Assembly: GCA_009103225.1 (NCBI GenBank)
Contig: RHPI01003578.1
Coordinates: forward strand, 62,001-126,000
DNA length: 64,000 nucleotides
Origin: Chlorokybus atmophyticus
Taxonomy: Eukaryota; Plantae; Mesostigma and Chlorokybus algae
Direction: 5' to 3'
Below the pieces are notes generated by a model, which did not search any database, was not told where the DNA came from, and saw only the letters and a program-made list of their open reading frames with translations. A program made the position numbers and the translations under genes. Each line of letters opens with the position of its first letter. The stretch's first letter is position 1. Positions 49,421 to 60,779 of the stretch are shown here, piece by piece.

Positions 49421-49694
49421 TCAGGCTCGCGCGGTGCTTACTGCCCATGCATTTGGGGGAAGGGCATTCCTGCGGACTGCTGCGGCGGCTGTTAAGCCGC
49501 TTAACAGCCGCCGCAGCAGTCCCAATGTAGTGAGGCAAAATGCAATGTCGTGGCCCATCTTCCCACAATACGAACACGCCAGGCCTTGCCTTTTTCGAGA
49601 GTACTTTGCTGTGTCCGGTCCCGTTTGCTGCTCCTCATGCCGAGCACCAATGGGAACGCCGTTTGCAACCATCACACTCCCTACCGGAACTAAC
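49421..49694 (-). pseudogene. CCHC zinc-knuckle (gag-like) ORF remnant interrupted by the Academ-like element
   Basis: CSYCGKMGHDIAFC = CX2CX4HX4C; frame stays open across the reconstructed empty site into 58276-58358. Confidence 0.55.
49474..49522. repeat. Perfect inverted repeat, 23-bp arms with 3-nt loop
   Basis: GGACTGCTGCGGCGGCTGTTAAG-CCG-CTTAACAGCCGCCGCAGCAGTCC. Confidence 0.95.
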
Positions 49695-50053
49695 TTGGCA
49701 GCCGGAAAGCCCGAGAGGGTCGCGCCAGGCGTTCATTGTCTCAAAATTTGTGATGCCGGTCAATGCGCCATGACGTTGCGGCTTGTTAACGGTTGATGGC
49801 TGTGTTAGTGCGTTGACGTGCGGAGCCGTCAATAAGTGTCGGCGGTGGTGATGTGTGTTAGGGTATGGTGACGACGATCGTGTCGATCTTGATGTGACAG
49901 AGTGATGTCGGTAGCGCAGCGGGAACGTCAGCGCAGCCATCAGGCTGTCAACTTTGAGCTCTGCTGGCATTGCTCCCGCGCAACGCAGAACGAGGGTTTT
50001 GTCGCCATGGCTGGTCTGAGTCACAGGGCGGCGGCGGTGAGTGGTGTGGGGCA

Positions 50054-50886
50054 ATGGCGGGCGATGGTGCTGGCGTGGTGGTTGAGGGGGGTGGTGTTGA
50101 TGGTGGTGAGCGTGATCACCGCCCGCAGAGCGCCGCGGTGAATGCTGTGAGTGATTTGGCGGCGTTGGTGGCCGCGGTTCATGGTCGTGGGGTGCAGCAG
50201 CGCCGTGGGTCTGCAGCGGGTGGGCCACAGGACGGTCCATTCATTGATTGTGCGCGGGCGGAGCGCAAACCTCCTAGTTACGCTGTCCAGCGCGACACCG
50301 ACTTCTGCTTCCGTGACATGCGCCAGGTTTGTGGTTTGTGTTGAGACTTTATGTGCATGTGTGTGTGCAAGCGTTCTGCAACGTATGACGTGTGACTAAT
50401 GCGTGTGTGTTTGCAGGTAACCCTGCGTGGGTTGATGATATGGCCGCGTGAGATGGAGGGTGGTGAATTGGAGACCTTGCACCTGGATTTCTGCAATGGT
50501 TTTGAGTTGGCGATCACTGCCCACTCGGAGGAGCCTGACCCTGAGCGGTGGGGTGCTGTTCTGCCCGACATTGTGTGTGTTGAACACTTGGTCCGTGGCG
50601 TGCCACTTGGCCGCGCCTGTTTTCAGATGGGTGATGATCCAGCCGCAGGTGAGCACAGCTGATTTGACTCGTGTTGCATGATTAGTTTAGGTGTTTATGC
50701 ATGTTGACAATGCTGGTCTCATGTGTGCTTGTGCGTGCAGGGCGGCGCCTCGCATGGCTTGACCTGGAGGGTGCTCCTAGTGGGTACTCACGCCCTGGCT
50801 CTATTATGTTCCCAGTCACGCCTCGGTTGGGGCGCGCCTGCCTGGCTCACGGTCGCCACGCGTTTGTGCATCTGCCTGATGCTTAG
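50054..50886 (+). CDS. Transposon passenger gene, 216 aa, AlkB-like 2OG-Fe(II) dioxygenase-like fold (tentative)
   Basis: Exons 50054-50326 (273 nt), 50417-50648 (232 nt), 50741-50886 (146 nt) join at GT-AG into one 651-nt frame; CNGFELAITAHSE (HxE), IVCVEHL, RPGSIMF..R..LAHG resemble the AlkB pattern VNxYxxgxgIxxHxD..SL..gSL.vM..aR..w.HgI; terminal RxS/TFR strand not evident. Confidence 0.55.
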
Positions 50887-51106
50887 ATTGTGTGTGTGTG
50901 TGGTTATGTTGTGGTGAGCAGTGTTTCCTGCAGAGTACTGTTGTACATATGTGCGAGCGTGTTGTTTGTGGCCTGTGTTATGTTCAACTGTGGCACGGTG
51001 CTGTGTGAATGTGCTCAACCCTTGACAGTGTAATACCTTTTTTGCATTGTGGCCTGATCGACACATGTGATGCATATTGAATTTCATAGTCGAGTAGTTT
51101 GATTGC

Positions 51107-54100
51107 CTACCAGTCTATGTCTCTATCCTCTAACTGTTGCAGCCATGCATGCACGTCGATGTTTGCATCCTCGTCCTCGTCCGAAGAGTAGGGGTCTACT
51201 TCAGGTGAGTCGCTTGGGTTCGGGGGCTCTTGCTCCTCTTCGTTTTCAGAGTCACTCTCATCACTGCTGGAGTCTTCCTGTATGTCTTGTGCATGCCCGG
51301 GGTCTGATGCATGGTTGTGTGTGGTGTTGCCCACGGTCTCCTGCATGCTTTGGCAGTCAAAGCAGCCGCAAGTGGGTCCGCAGACAGCACCATTTTTCTT
51401 GCATTTGCATTGCCTGGTAGTGCACTTGTTTTTCTTGCATTTGCACCCATGCATTACAAGTTCCGCCCTTGTCTTTGTGGCCTGCATGTTTTCATCTGTG
51501 TCTGGCTGAGCCTTGTACACTCCTTCAACCAGCACATATCCATACTGTGACAGTGGTGGCTGCTGCGACTGTGGCTGACACATCTGCAGCCACATGCTCG
51601 ACACCCAAATGCTCCTCTTGGCATGCAGCTCCAGGGCTGATGGGGATGGCATGTCATCTTTGTAGTCTGCGGTCTTGATCCAAATGCCTGTCTGGATCGT
51701 GTGCAACCACTTGCTTAATGCTGAGATGTCTGACTTGCTGGCTGCAGGGCCATTGGAGTCCATGAAGATGCTGGCCGCGCTGCTGTGCGAGGGGAAAACC
51801 ACTTTGTGTTTGGCATAGTATGCGCACCCTATCAGGCGCAACAGCAATGCAGTGGCGCCTGGCTCGTCCAAAGGTGTGTTTGCTGTTATGAATTCTGTCT
51901 CCTTGCACAGCACTTCAGTCCAGTAGTAGTGTTTGCTGATGCCCGCAAAGTAAGAGGTATAGTATGAGCCGGTGCCCGCGAAGAACAGCAATAAATATCG
52001 AGCTCTCTGATGAGGTTGAATGTGTCTCAGCTGTGGCAGCAGTCCCAGGTGTTTGAACAGTTTGCTCAAGTCAAGGAACGGTGGCCTTGATGAACTGTGT
52101 GATGTGGTCGCCAGCTGCACGTAAACTTGTCTACCAGGGTCCTGCCACTGCTCGAGAGCAGCCATGCCAATGATGGAGACATCAGTGTCTGGGGAGTAGA
52201 TGAGCACTGTGTGATAGCCACAGCGGAGTGCATGCAGCCACACTCTGCTATCAGCCTCTGCATGGTTGCATTGGTAATGTGCACTGATTGTGTAGCAAAT
52301 CCCTGCAGGTGTGTGGGCGACCACCCTTGCCTTGTCTTTGAGCAGTGGATGGTCAGAGCCTCCTGCAACGACGAAGCTCTAACCTGGGCGTAGGTATGGA
52401 GCTACCATCTCAGGTAGGTGATCTGTCATGAGGTTGCATAAGCTTCTCTTTAGGCTGCGGTCAGCGAGCAAGTCCCTCCATGATCTAGGTACCTCACTGT
52501 CAAGTGTTAAAGTGCGGCCTGTGCTAGTAATGCCACAGTCCCTGGCAACTTGTAGGGAGCTCTTGACTCCAGTGGCATGTGCAGGGTCATCGAAGACGAC
52601 GTGCAGAGACTGGACGCTGGGGTTGAAAAGTCTTGGTAGCAGTGAGGTGCGTACTGTCTGCAGTAAATAGTCTTGCATGGTGTCCACTCCAGTAGTAGGA
52701 CCTTTGTTGATGAGGAACATGCCTTCCGCGATAATTGACTCGATTCCTGGTGGATGTTTCAGGAGCTGGGAATCAGGGCATGTTGAGCTGAGGTCAGCCA
52801 GGAATTTGGCCTTGTCTCCCTTGCGCATACTGCCATCTTCTGTGAAGATGGCAAGCGGTATCGCCTGGTATGATGCCATGTCAGCATCCAATGGAGCGGA
52901 AGACTTGCCCAGTTGCTTCAAGATAAGTGTCTTGGTCTTGTGCAATCTTTGAATTGCACGCCCTTTCTTGATGGCCTGCTTTTTGATTTCCATGGTCTTG
53001 AGTCCGAACCGTCTTCCCACATTGCTTGCCTGCATCTCGTTACTATGCACAGCTTGAACATACAGCCTGAACTGATCAAGACCTATGCTGTAATGTTGGC
53101 TGAGGTCAGATGCAGCAGCTGTGCTGGCCTGACGCCCACTAAGGAGATGCACGAGGTGGTCTTCGTGCTGCTGGTCAAGGGTACCAGCGTTGAGCAGGAG
53201 CTGGAACATGCCGTTTACATTACACGATATCTTGTCACTGGGCATAACTAGAGGATCCTGCTGACATCTTGGGGTTGACTTGCGCTGTAGCAGACTGACC
53301 AGCTGCTTCAAACCCAGCGCCCTGTGAGATATGTGCCCTGTCTTGCGAATGAGGTAGTCTGGATTGGGCCTGTGCAGTGCAGACTTCAGGTCCTTGTTGA
53401 TCAGACACTCGTGCGCTTCGTCGAGACCCACACTGGAGGATCTCTTCCCACTGATGCTGATGGTGAACGCCCCTGCATCCAGCTTGCTCAAAATGTGATC
53501 CGGCATTTGTTGACAGTCAACCAAGTGCTGGCTCATCAGTTTCTGATAGTGCGGTCTGTCCCACGCAAATGCCAATGGTGACAAGTTCTTGTATGCTGCT
53601 AGGCGCAACTGCCACTGACTCGTTCTCAATGCAAAGTACAGGGCCAGATATGGAGCACAGTCGCGGGTGGTGAAGTTCCACCACATCCTCCATGTGGTGT
53701 CTCTCTCGCTCTTGGCTTCCCCGTAAGCAAAAAACTCTGCACAGTGCCTTGGATCGTTGATGTCCAGGTTTGCCACACAGTCCACAGAACACTCTTGCAT
53801 TGCTGCAGGGTTGTCTTCATGGAACCGAAGGAGCTGGTATCTATATATGGCTTCCCAGCATTGCACCAAATACGTGTGCATTCGCTTCCAATTGCTGCCT
53901 TCTGCTATCATGTTGCGAGCTGAACTTGCAGGAATGCTGCAAGCCACAGCCATGGCGTCCAGCACGGCATCCCAGTATATCTTGAACAACACAGGGATGA
54001 GGTTGTACAATGCATGCCAGTCCCCTGGCAGGGGAATCAACCAGTCCCAGTATCCTGGCTCAGTATGCTTGAAGGTCTGCATCATGCTGTACGTTTTCTG

Positions 54101-57100
54101 ATCCCCCGCCACACAAATCGTGTGTACCTGCTCGTCAACCCCAAGTTGCTCTTTCAGCTGCAGGAGTGCAATCTTGAGGTTGTCTGGCTTGTCTGGCTTG
54201 TCTGGGTTGAAAGGAAGCAGTGGCATGTAGAAGACGTTGCTCGGAGCAGTCTCTACGTGGTCAGGTCCCAGCAGGTACGCAAGTACACTCTTCAGTGTGT
54301 TCTGATCGAAGTCTTCTAACTGACTCCTTTTCAGCACTGTGTTATGCAGGTGGACCTGGAAGTTGGCAAAGCTCGCTGCCTCTATGTCTGACTTGTTGGT
54401 AATGATAGCACTGGGTGGGGGTGTGTTGAAGGTTCGTGGCCTTGGCGGCCGAACAGGCAACGTAGCAGGTTTGGGGAAAGGACGCCCGGCCTGTGAGAGG
54501 GTGCGGTAGCGCACTGCAGGCACCTCCTCCACTTGCATTGGTTGTGCATTCTGCCTTGGCTGAGGTATCACCACTTGTGTAGTTGTACAATGGAGGTCCT
54601 TGTCAGAACCCCCGTTATACCTGACCTGACCTGCACACTTGAAGTCCCAGTTGTCGATGGATGCAATGACGAACTCATCGCCCCCGGCTTTGACAGGGCA
54701 AGGCTGGCGTGATACAGCCACATTGCGAGACATGATACTTCTCTCAAGTGCTGCTCGTGCAATGCAGACTCCCAGGCGGTTCAAGATAGTCAGAAGTTTT
54801 GTGGAGCCACTCATGCCATCAACTGCCTCAGCCAACGCCACATGCAGTCTTGAGTACGAATGAGAATTCCTTGTGTAAATGACTCCACTCAGCAGGTAGA
54901 CAGCCCTCAGGTGCTTCAGACGCTCCCAAGGTTCCTCGCCCTCACGGCGGGGCGGACAACCAGTCAATGCCTTAAAGAAACTGATGAGGTCAGGGTGACA
55001 ACCACTCAGCTCTTTGCATTCATCAATAAACCTCACGTCTGCGCAGGACTCCTTGTTGATGTTTGCACGCTTTGCGGCCTCGGCCTTGACCAGCTCTCTG
55101 ATGTACATCAAGGTGCGCGCACTTAACTCCCCTTCTACCAGTCTGTGCTCATCTTCCTGGTGTTGCACGAGCCCTAAAAGGCAAGCTGCAGGGTCAACCC
55201 AGCTCCTCAACAGCAGTGTGCCACGGCGCCTCGAACCAGTCACCACAAACATGGCTGCTTGCAGCACCCTCCTCGAGGTACGCACCAGGTTGTTGGGCTG
55301 GCTGCGGTTCAACTTGTACAACTTGCCAACCTCATTCATCTTGACAGGGCAGGTCTGCTCCAAAAGCTGCTGCGCAATATAGCAAACTGGATCGCCAGGC
55401 AACTCCTGTTCAGTGCTATTCCCAGCAACATTTCTCAACAAGGTCAAGTGCTCCTCCTCTCTCACATTTTGTTGCTTCCACCATGGCATCCCAGCCTCTT
55501 CATGTGTCGTTTTGAGAGCTTGCAATGCGTCCTGAAGTCTTGCCACATCCAACTCCAACTGCAGCACATCCGCCTTACTGTTGGCTGCCTCTTGCTTAGC
55601 CTCCAGCACTCTGCTCTGGAGGTCGTGGACTGTTCCTCTAGCATCAGCCAATTCCTGCTGCCGCGTCTGCCAGTGACAACATCAGGTACTCGTACAGCAC
55701 CTCCAGAACTTGTGCACGGACACCAGGGCCACAATACAGTTCCAAGCACCAATTCACACACCTGGATCACTTCTTGCAGATGCATTGCCTCCTGTTGAAG
55801 GCAGATCAACTGGGCTTGACTGCTGGCACTTCGCTGGTCAGCATCCACCAACCTCGCAGCAAGGGCGCTACTCCATGTCTGCAACTCAGCATGCACCCCC
55901 TTCAACTCCTGTCAAGAAGGTTGGTGCCCATTGCAATTCTGCATCCAACACCATCTAACTAACACAGTCAGAGACTTCAGCAAACTCACACACACCATTC
56001 CTAGCACTACTCACCTGCAGCTGTGTGGTTGCAGAATCAGCCTCTGCTCGAAGATGTTGAACACTTGTGTTCAGATGCAACAAATCTCCTTCATGCAGCT
56101 CTTGATCGACCAGCTGCTGCCTGTTCAGAGACTCCAGCTGCGAGCGAATCTGCCTCTCGCTCGCCTCCACTTGCCCAATCTCGCACACCAAGTACTCAGA
56201 GTGCCGCTCCACCTGCTCCAAGTGCAGGCTCACATCACAGCACCCAGGAGCGTGCACGTGCTCTCCTTCACGGCTGACAACGGCACAGCCATCCAAGTGG
56301 TCACCCTGGGTACTTGATGATTCCTCACAAGCCCTAACTCGAGACAGTTCTTCTCCAACAGCCTCAAGTTGCATGAGGAGGCCACCCCTCCCTGCATCCA
56401 ACTCGCCCACTAGTCCTTTGAGCTGTATATTAGACTGCTCCGCTACAGCTAATGCTCTTGTAACATCCTCCAGCTCATCCAGCATTCCACATCTCTCAGA
56501 CTCCCATGCAGCCAACACATCCTGCAGCAAGCACACAACCTGATGACGACCAACCCAATAGACAGTTTTACACATGCAAGCTGATATAACATGATAGTCG
56601 TATGCAACTCAAAGCCATGTAATGAGCTGTATATCGTGTGCTTTAGACTTTTGTACACTAGCGCTTCAGAGGTTGAGATACACAATTTATAGTTCACTTA
56701 CATGCAGTCTTAACATCACAATACACTGCAGGTGTTGTCGGGCACACATGTGGTATGTTCACGGTTGCATATGCACTATCTACTCATCTTTTGTACACAC
56801 TCATGAGAGTACTTGCAATGCGCCAGCCAGGATGTGTAGTGTACAGAACGGACCTGCACAGAAGACAAGTTGTCCGCACGCGCGTTCATGTTGAACAACG
56901 GCACTTGCCCACAGCTCATAGTTGCTTGTTGCATACCTAATACAATCAGAGTTTCAGCAAATGTATGTTCCGCACACTAGCCATAGTAAGCAGGTCGCAC
57001 ATAAGGGCCTCTCGGACCTCCGGCAAATTGCTGACTACGACTCGCAGTCTGTGGCCCGGTGTGCTGTGAGCCCATCGTTGCATCATTGTCACAACTCTGC

Positions 57101-57944
57101 GACTGATGCTGGTGCTGAGACTGGTGCAGCACATTTGCATCAGTGAAAGGGCGAGGTGCTGATCGCGGCTGCTGACCACCCTGAGGTGCATTCCTCAGGG
57201 TACAGTTGCCTTGACTAGCAGCTGGGTCAACGTTCTCCTGGTTCTCACCGCCGCCACTCTGCATCACAAGACACCTCACACTTAGATATGCACATCACAG
57301 GCCAGCCATATCACGGTGCGCAGCACTAATGGCAAAAACACTTGGGACTCACCACATAAGCACTGCCAAGAGGTGAGCTGATGTATGGCACAGACGACCT
57401 GGCCGCATTAGCTTCTTGCGAGCCAGCAGAGCCAGGCAGACGCCACTCAGGATGCACACCCTGCAAACCAAGACCCTTCAGAACCTTGAGTATGCGCAAG
57501 TGAGTGAAACAACTTACATGCAACCACAGCTAACATTACTGCATAACTTACATGCAACATCACCAGAGTGCGGCGATCAGACTGCAACTTCCAGCACCGC
57601 CCCGAACAGGCAACTTGGATGAGCACCTCACTGTCTGGCATACCATCAGACAGGTTGAGGTCGGCACGCAGTGTCTCGATCACATCCTTCCTCTTGGCTC
57701 TGTACTTCCGGGCCGATGCAGCCTGCTGGAGCCTACGCCGCTTCTTAGCAGCCTCATCAGCAGGTGAACTCGCAGTGCGCTCCTCAGCAACCTCGCGCCC
57801 ACGTTCACGGCCAGCGTCGGCCTGAGATGCGTCCTCACAGCGCTCCCCAGCATCCCCGCTAACCTCATCGTTAGCAGGAGACCCAAACAAGCCACCACCC
57901 CTATCGTCCCCACCCTCACCACGATGACCACCATGACTACCCAT
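51107..57944 (-). CDS. Academ-like transposase (basic-helix N-terminus, coiled coil, DDE-like core, XPG/FEN1-like nuclease, Cys8 finger), one premature stop
   Basis: ORFs 52379-55651 (1090 aa) and 51107-52324 (405 aa) are in the same frame, separated by one TAG (52379-52381); motifs IDNWD, GDQKT, PGDWH, LDEAHE, IAEGMF, HVVFDD, NHAEADSRVWLHA, SPDTDV, CKCKKNKCTTRQCKCKKNGAVCGPTCGCFDC; upstream coiled-coil exons splice in frame; link to exons at 57944-57000 is inferred. Confidence 0.85.
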
Positions 57945-58456
57945 CTCGCGCCCCTGCGGCCACCGCCAACCCAGTACTCGCTATTACCGGCCCCCCCGAA
58001 CAATGAGCTCCACACCCTGCCAATGACATCAACACGTTTGAATTTGCAAAATGAGCGCGCTCCGGTTGATACCGTTGCAGCGACCATAACGTCGACTTGG
58101 AGCAACCAGTATCAATCTCCAGTGTCCACACAGACGCCGTTAAACGTCGACATCAGCCGACTCTTGTCGACCAAATCTACTCTTGGGAACGTCAACAGAC
58201 GGCGAACGGTGTTAATCGCAGTCGCCTGCAGTCAACGTTTTTGAGACAATGAAACCCCCTCGGGCTTTCCGGCTGTTGGTGACTGTAGCTTGACCTCCAT
58301 CGCGCCGACTAAAATCGCCTAGCATCGGTGTGCTTGGTAGTTCTCGACAGCTGCGTCGTCATGCTCTCTATTCCCAACGAACTACCGGTGCGGCTGATTG
58401 GGCGTGTGATTGGGCCGGCCGGCATAAGGGCACAAAACACATCACACGCGCACGAC

Positions 58457-59279
58457 GGCCATCAGTGACATACGGCACCCGCGACTGCTGGGCTGCGCGG
58501 TATGCGCCGCCCGCCTGCCTCTCATTGGCTAGGCAGCAATAATAAGTTATCGGCCGTTCGATCTGTCAAATTAAATCTCGACCGTCCAAAGCTCATCCCA
58601 TTTTCATGCAACTGCTCAAAATATATGCCAGTGATATATACTTTATTTATGATGATCTTAATAACTATATGCAATTATGACATAAAAATTATGCACTGTA
58701 CTTTATGATAATCAAAAATATGTACATGCATCATAAGTGCAAGTTATGTATGATATATACGCACTTATATACGAGTAATCTTGTATCATACATATATTAC
58801 ATTATATATGAATGCAAGATTTTACATATATATTATATAATAATACATAGTACCATACACATTATATGCATATCATAACATAATATTATTATAGAATTAA
58901 ATATATATATTATTTGTGATATACAATAAACATATGAGACATGGAATCTTTTATGCATCATGTATAAATACTATATATATTATTATATGCATATAATATA
59001 TATTGCAAAAAATGAGGACAACATGGTGCACATTTGGCGGCATATAGTTTCACATGGCTTATATGATCTGAACATGTCCCATAATATATTAAGTACTAAC
59101 GTTTCTGCCACGTTACGTGCGGAGATACGTGGTGCGGCTTTGGTCGGGCCATCACACGGCCCGCGACTGCCGGGCTACGCGGCAGTATGTGCGGCCCGGC
59201 TTCTCATTGGCTAGGCGGCGAGTACAGGCATTACACCGTTAGATCTGCCTAAACGATCGTGGCCATCCAAAGCTCATCC
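58457..59279. repeat. Two diverged direct repeats (~58457-58598 and ~59147-59279) flanking an AT-rich spacer
   Basis: Shared GGCCATCA..CCCGCGACTGC.GGGCT.CGCGG..CTCATTGGCTAGGC.GC..GATCTG..TCCAAAGCTCATCC; spacer 58610-59100 is strongly AT-rich. Confidence 0.75.
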
Positions 59280-60779
59280 AATTGTTTAAACGCATGCCAA
59301 TAAATGTAAAATTAAGCACAGTTCTGCATACGTGGCCGCTTAAGGCTGCATAGGCTTTCCAACAATTGCAACACAATGTAAGGCACCAGCAAGCACACCA
59401 GCCAGCACACCAACAGGCACACCAGCAAGGACTGAATTACAAGGGCAAGGGCAAGGCTATGTGCACTAGCTACGTGCGTATGCTGGTGGAAGTGGGCGGA
59501 GAGGTGGGGCGGGGCAGTAGCAGCACAGCAGGTGTAAGGCAAGGCAAGGCAGGGCAGACCTGAGCAACAGCGGGGCTGGTGTCAGCGTAGTTGTAGAAGC
59601 GACTAGCAGGTAGCAGCAGCAGCAGCAGGCAAGGGAGGTTAGGCGAGGGGGTGAGCGGGATGCTGTGTTGTGCTGTGCGTGAGGGGCGCAGCAGGCCGGG
59701 CGGCTAGGTTATGGCATGCTGGTCTTTCACAGCCGCTTGTTGTAACACCCGCCGCCAGCAGGAGCAGTAGCGATACAATGGCTGGCCCAACGGACACTTT
59801 GCTGAGTCAGATGAGACACAGGCATTCTGAGCGACAGCACTTGACATATCACGTTAGTGCACTGTCAGCTCAGCAGTCAGTCAATTAGCACAGCAGTCAG
59901 CATAGCAGGCAGTTAATCACTTAGCAAGTAGTCAATGGCAAAATTGCAATCACTGACAAGCTGACATTAAATGCATGCATGTTGATCGTTTTTATGTGTA
60001 ACAGAAATACTATTATTAAATATGGAGATACATTGATACATGGTGATATCTCTGATGTGTTGCAAAATGAAGCACATGTATTGCAATATGGTGCAATATG
60101 GCTAGCAACCTGCAGCTAAGCATTGGAAAAGTTAATATTCAACGTAATGTTCATGCCACGGTACGTGCTAAGATCTTCAATAAGTAATGCCAAAGTTACA
60201 ACCATTAAAATAATGCTAACTTAAATTACCTTAACATTATGATTCAACTAAACGAAAAATTGCATCGTTAGCCACCATTTGGTCACGCATGAAACTGATT
60301 AAATGGAATCGCAATGGTGACAACAGCCGTTGCTGAAAAAGGCAGCGAATTGGCCAATCATTGCAGAGATACATAAAAGATGCTGAAAACTATTACGGCG
60401 GCAACTGCTAGCCAACGGCGATCAAAAATTGCTAGCGATTGTGTGCAATTGCAGCACAGATCGTGGTTAAATCGGCCGCGTTTTTGGCGGTACGAGGTCG
60501 GGGCAAGCCCTATACCCAAAAGACATGCCGCCACTACTCACCCTCGCTAACTAATCCACTCTACCATGTAACGCTAATTAATTACACGCTATAGTTACTG
60601 CGTCATCAAACATGGTCAATAGCCGAACCAATGCTCTTCTCATACTCTTGTTGCCATTGGGCGTTTTCGGCTGCAACAAAGACGTCATATAGCGTGTAGC
60701 TTGCGCCTTGATGTGCTCCTCTTAACATGGTCTGCATCGCCTCCCTCAAGCCGTCCTACAACGCACACAAGTACAACAC

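Larger units (their letters stand above)
49699..58275 (-). mobile_element. Academ (XPG-type)-like DNA transposon, 8577 bp, both ends present
   Basis: TIRs CAGCCGGAAAGCCCGAG[A/G]GGGT(+11 nt on left)TTCATTGTCTCAAAA at 49699-49746 and 58239-58275; 4-bp TSD TTGG at 49695-49698 and 58276-58279; internal transposase with XPG-like and Cys8 domains. Confidence 0.88.

Noticed and set aside
49474-49522. Hairpin as a Helitron 3' terminus
   Set aside because: No CTRR end at the expected distance on either strand and no Rep/helicase sequence nearby
58457-59279. Direct repeats as LTRs of another TRIM
   Set aside because: No TG..CA ends, PBS, PPT or TSD could be identified
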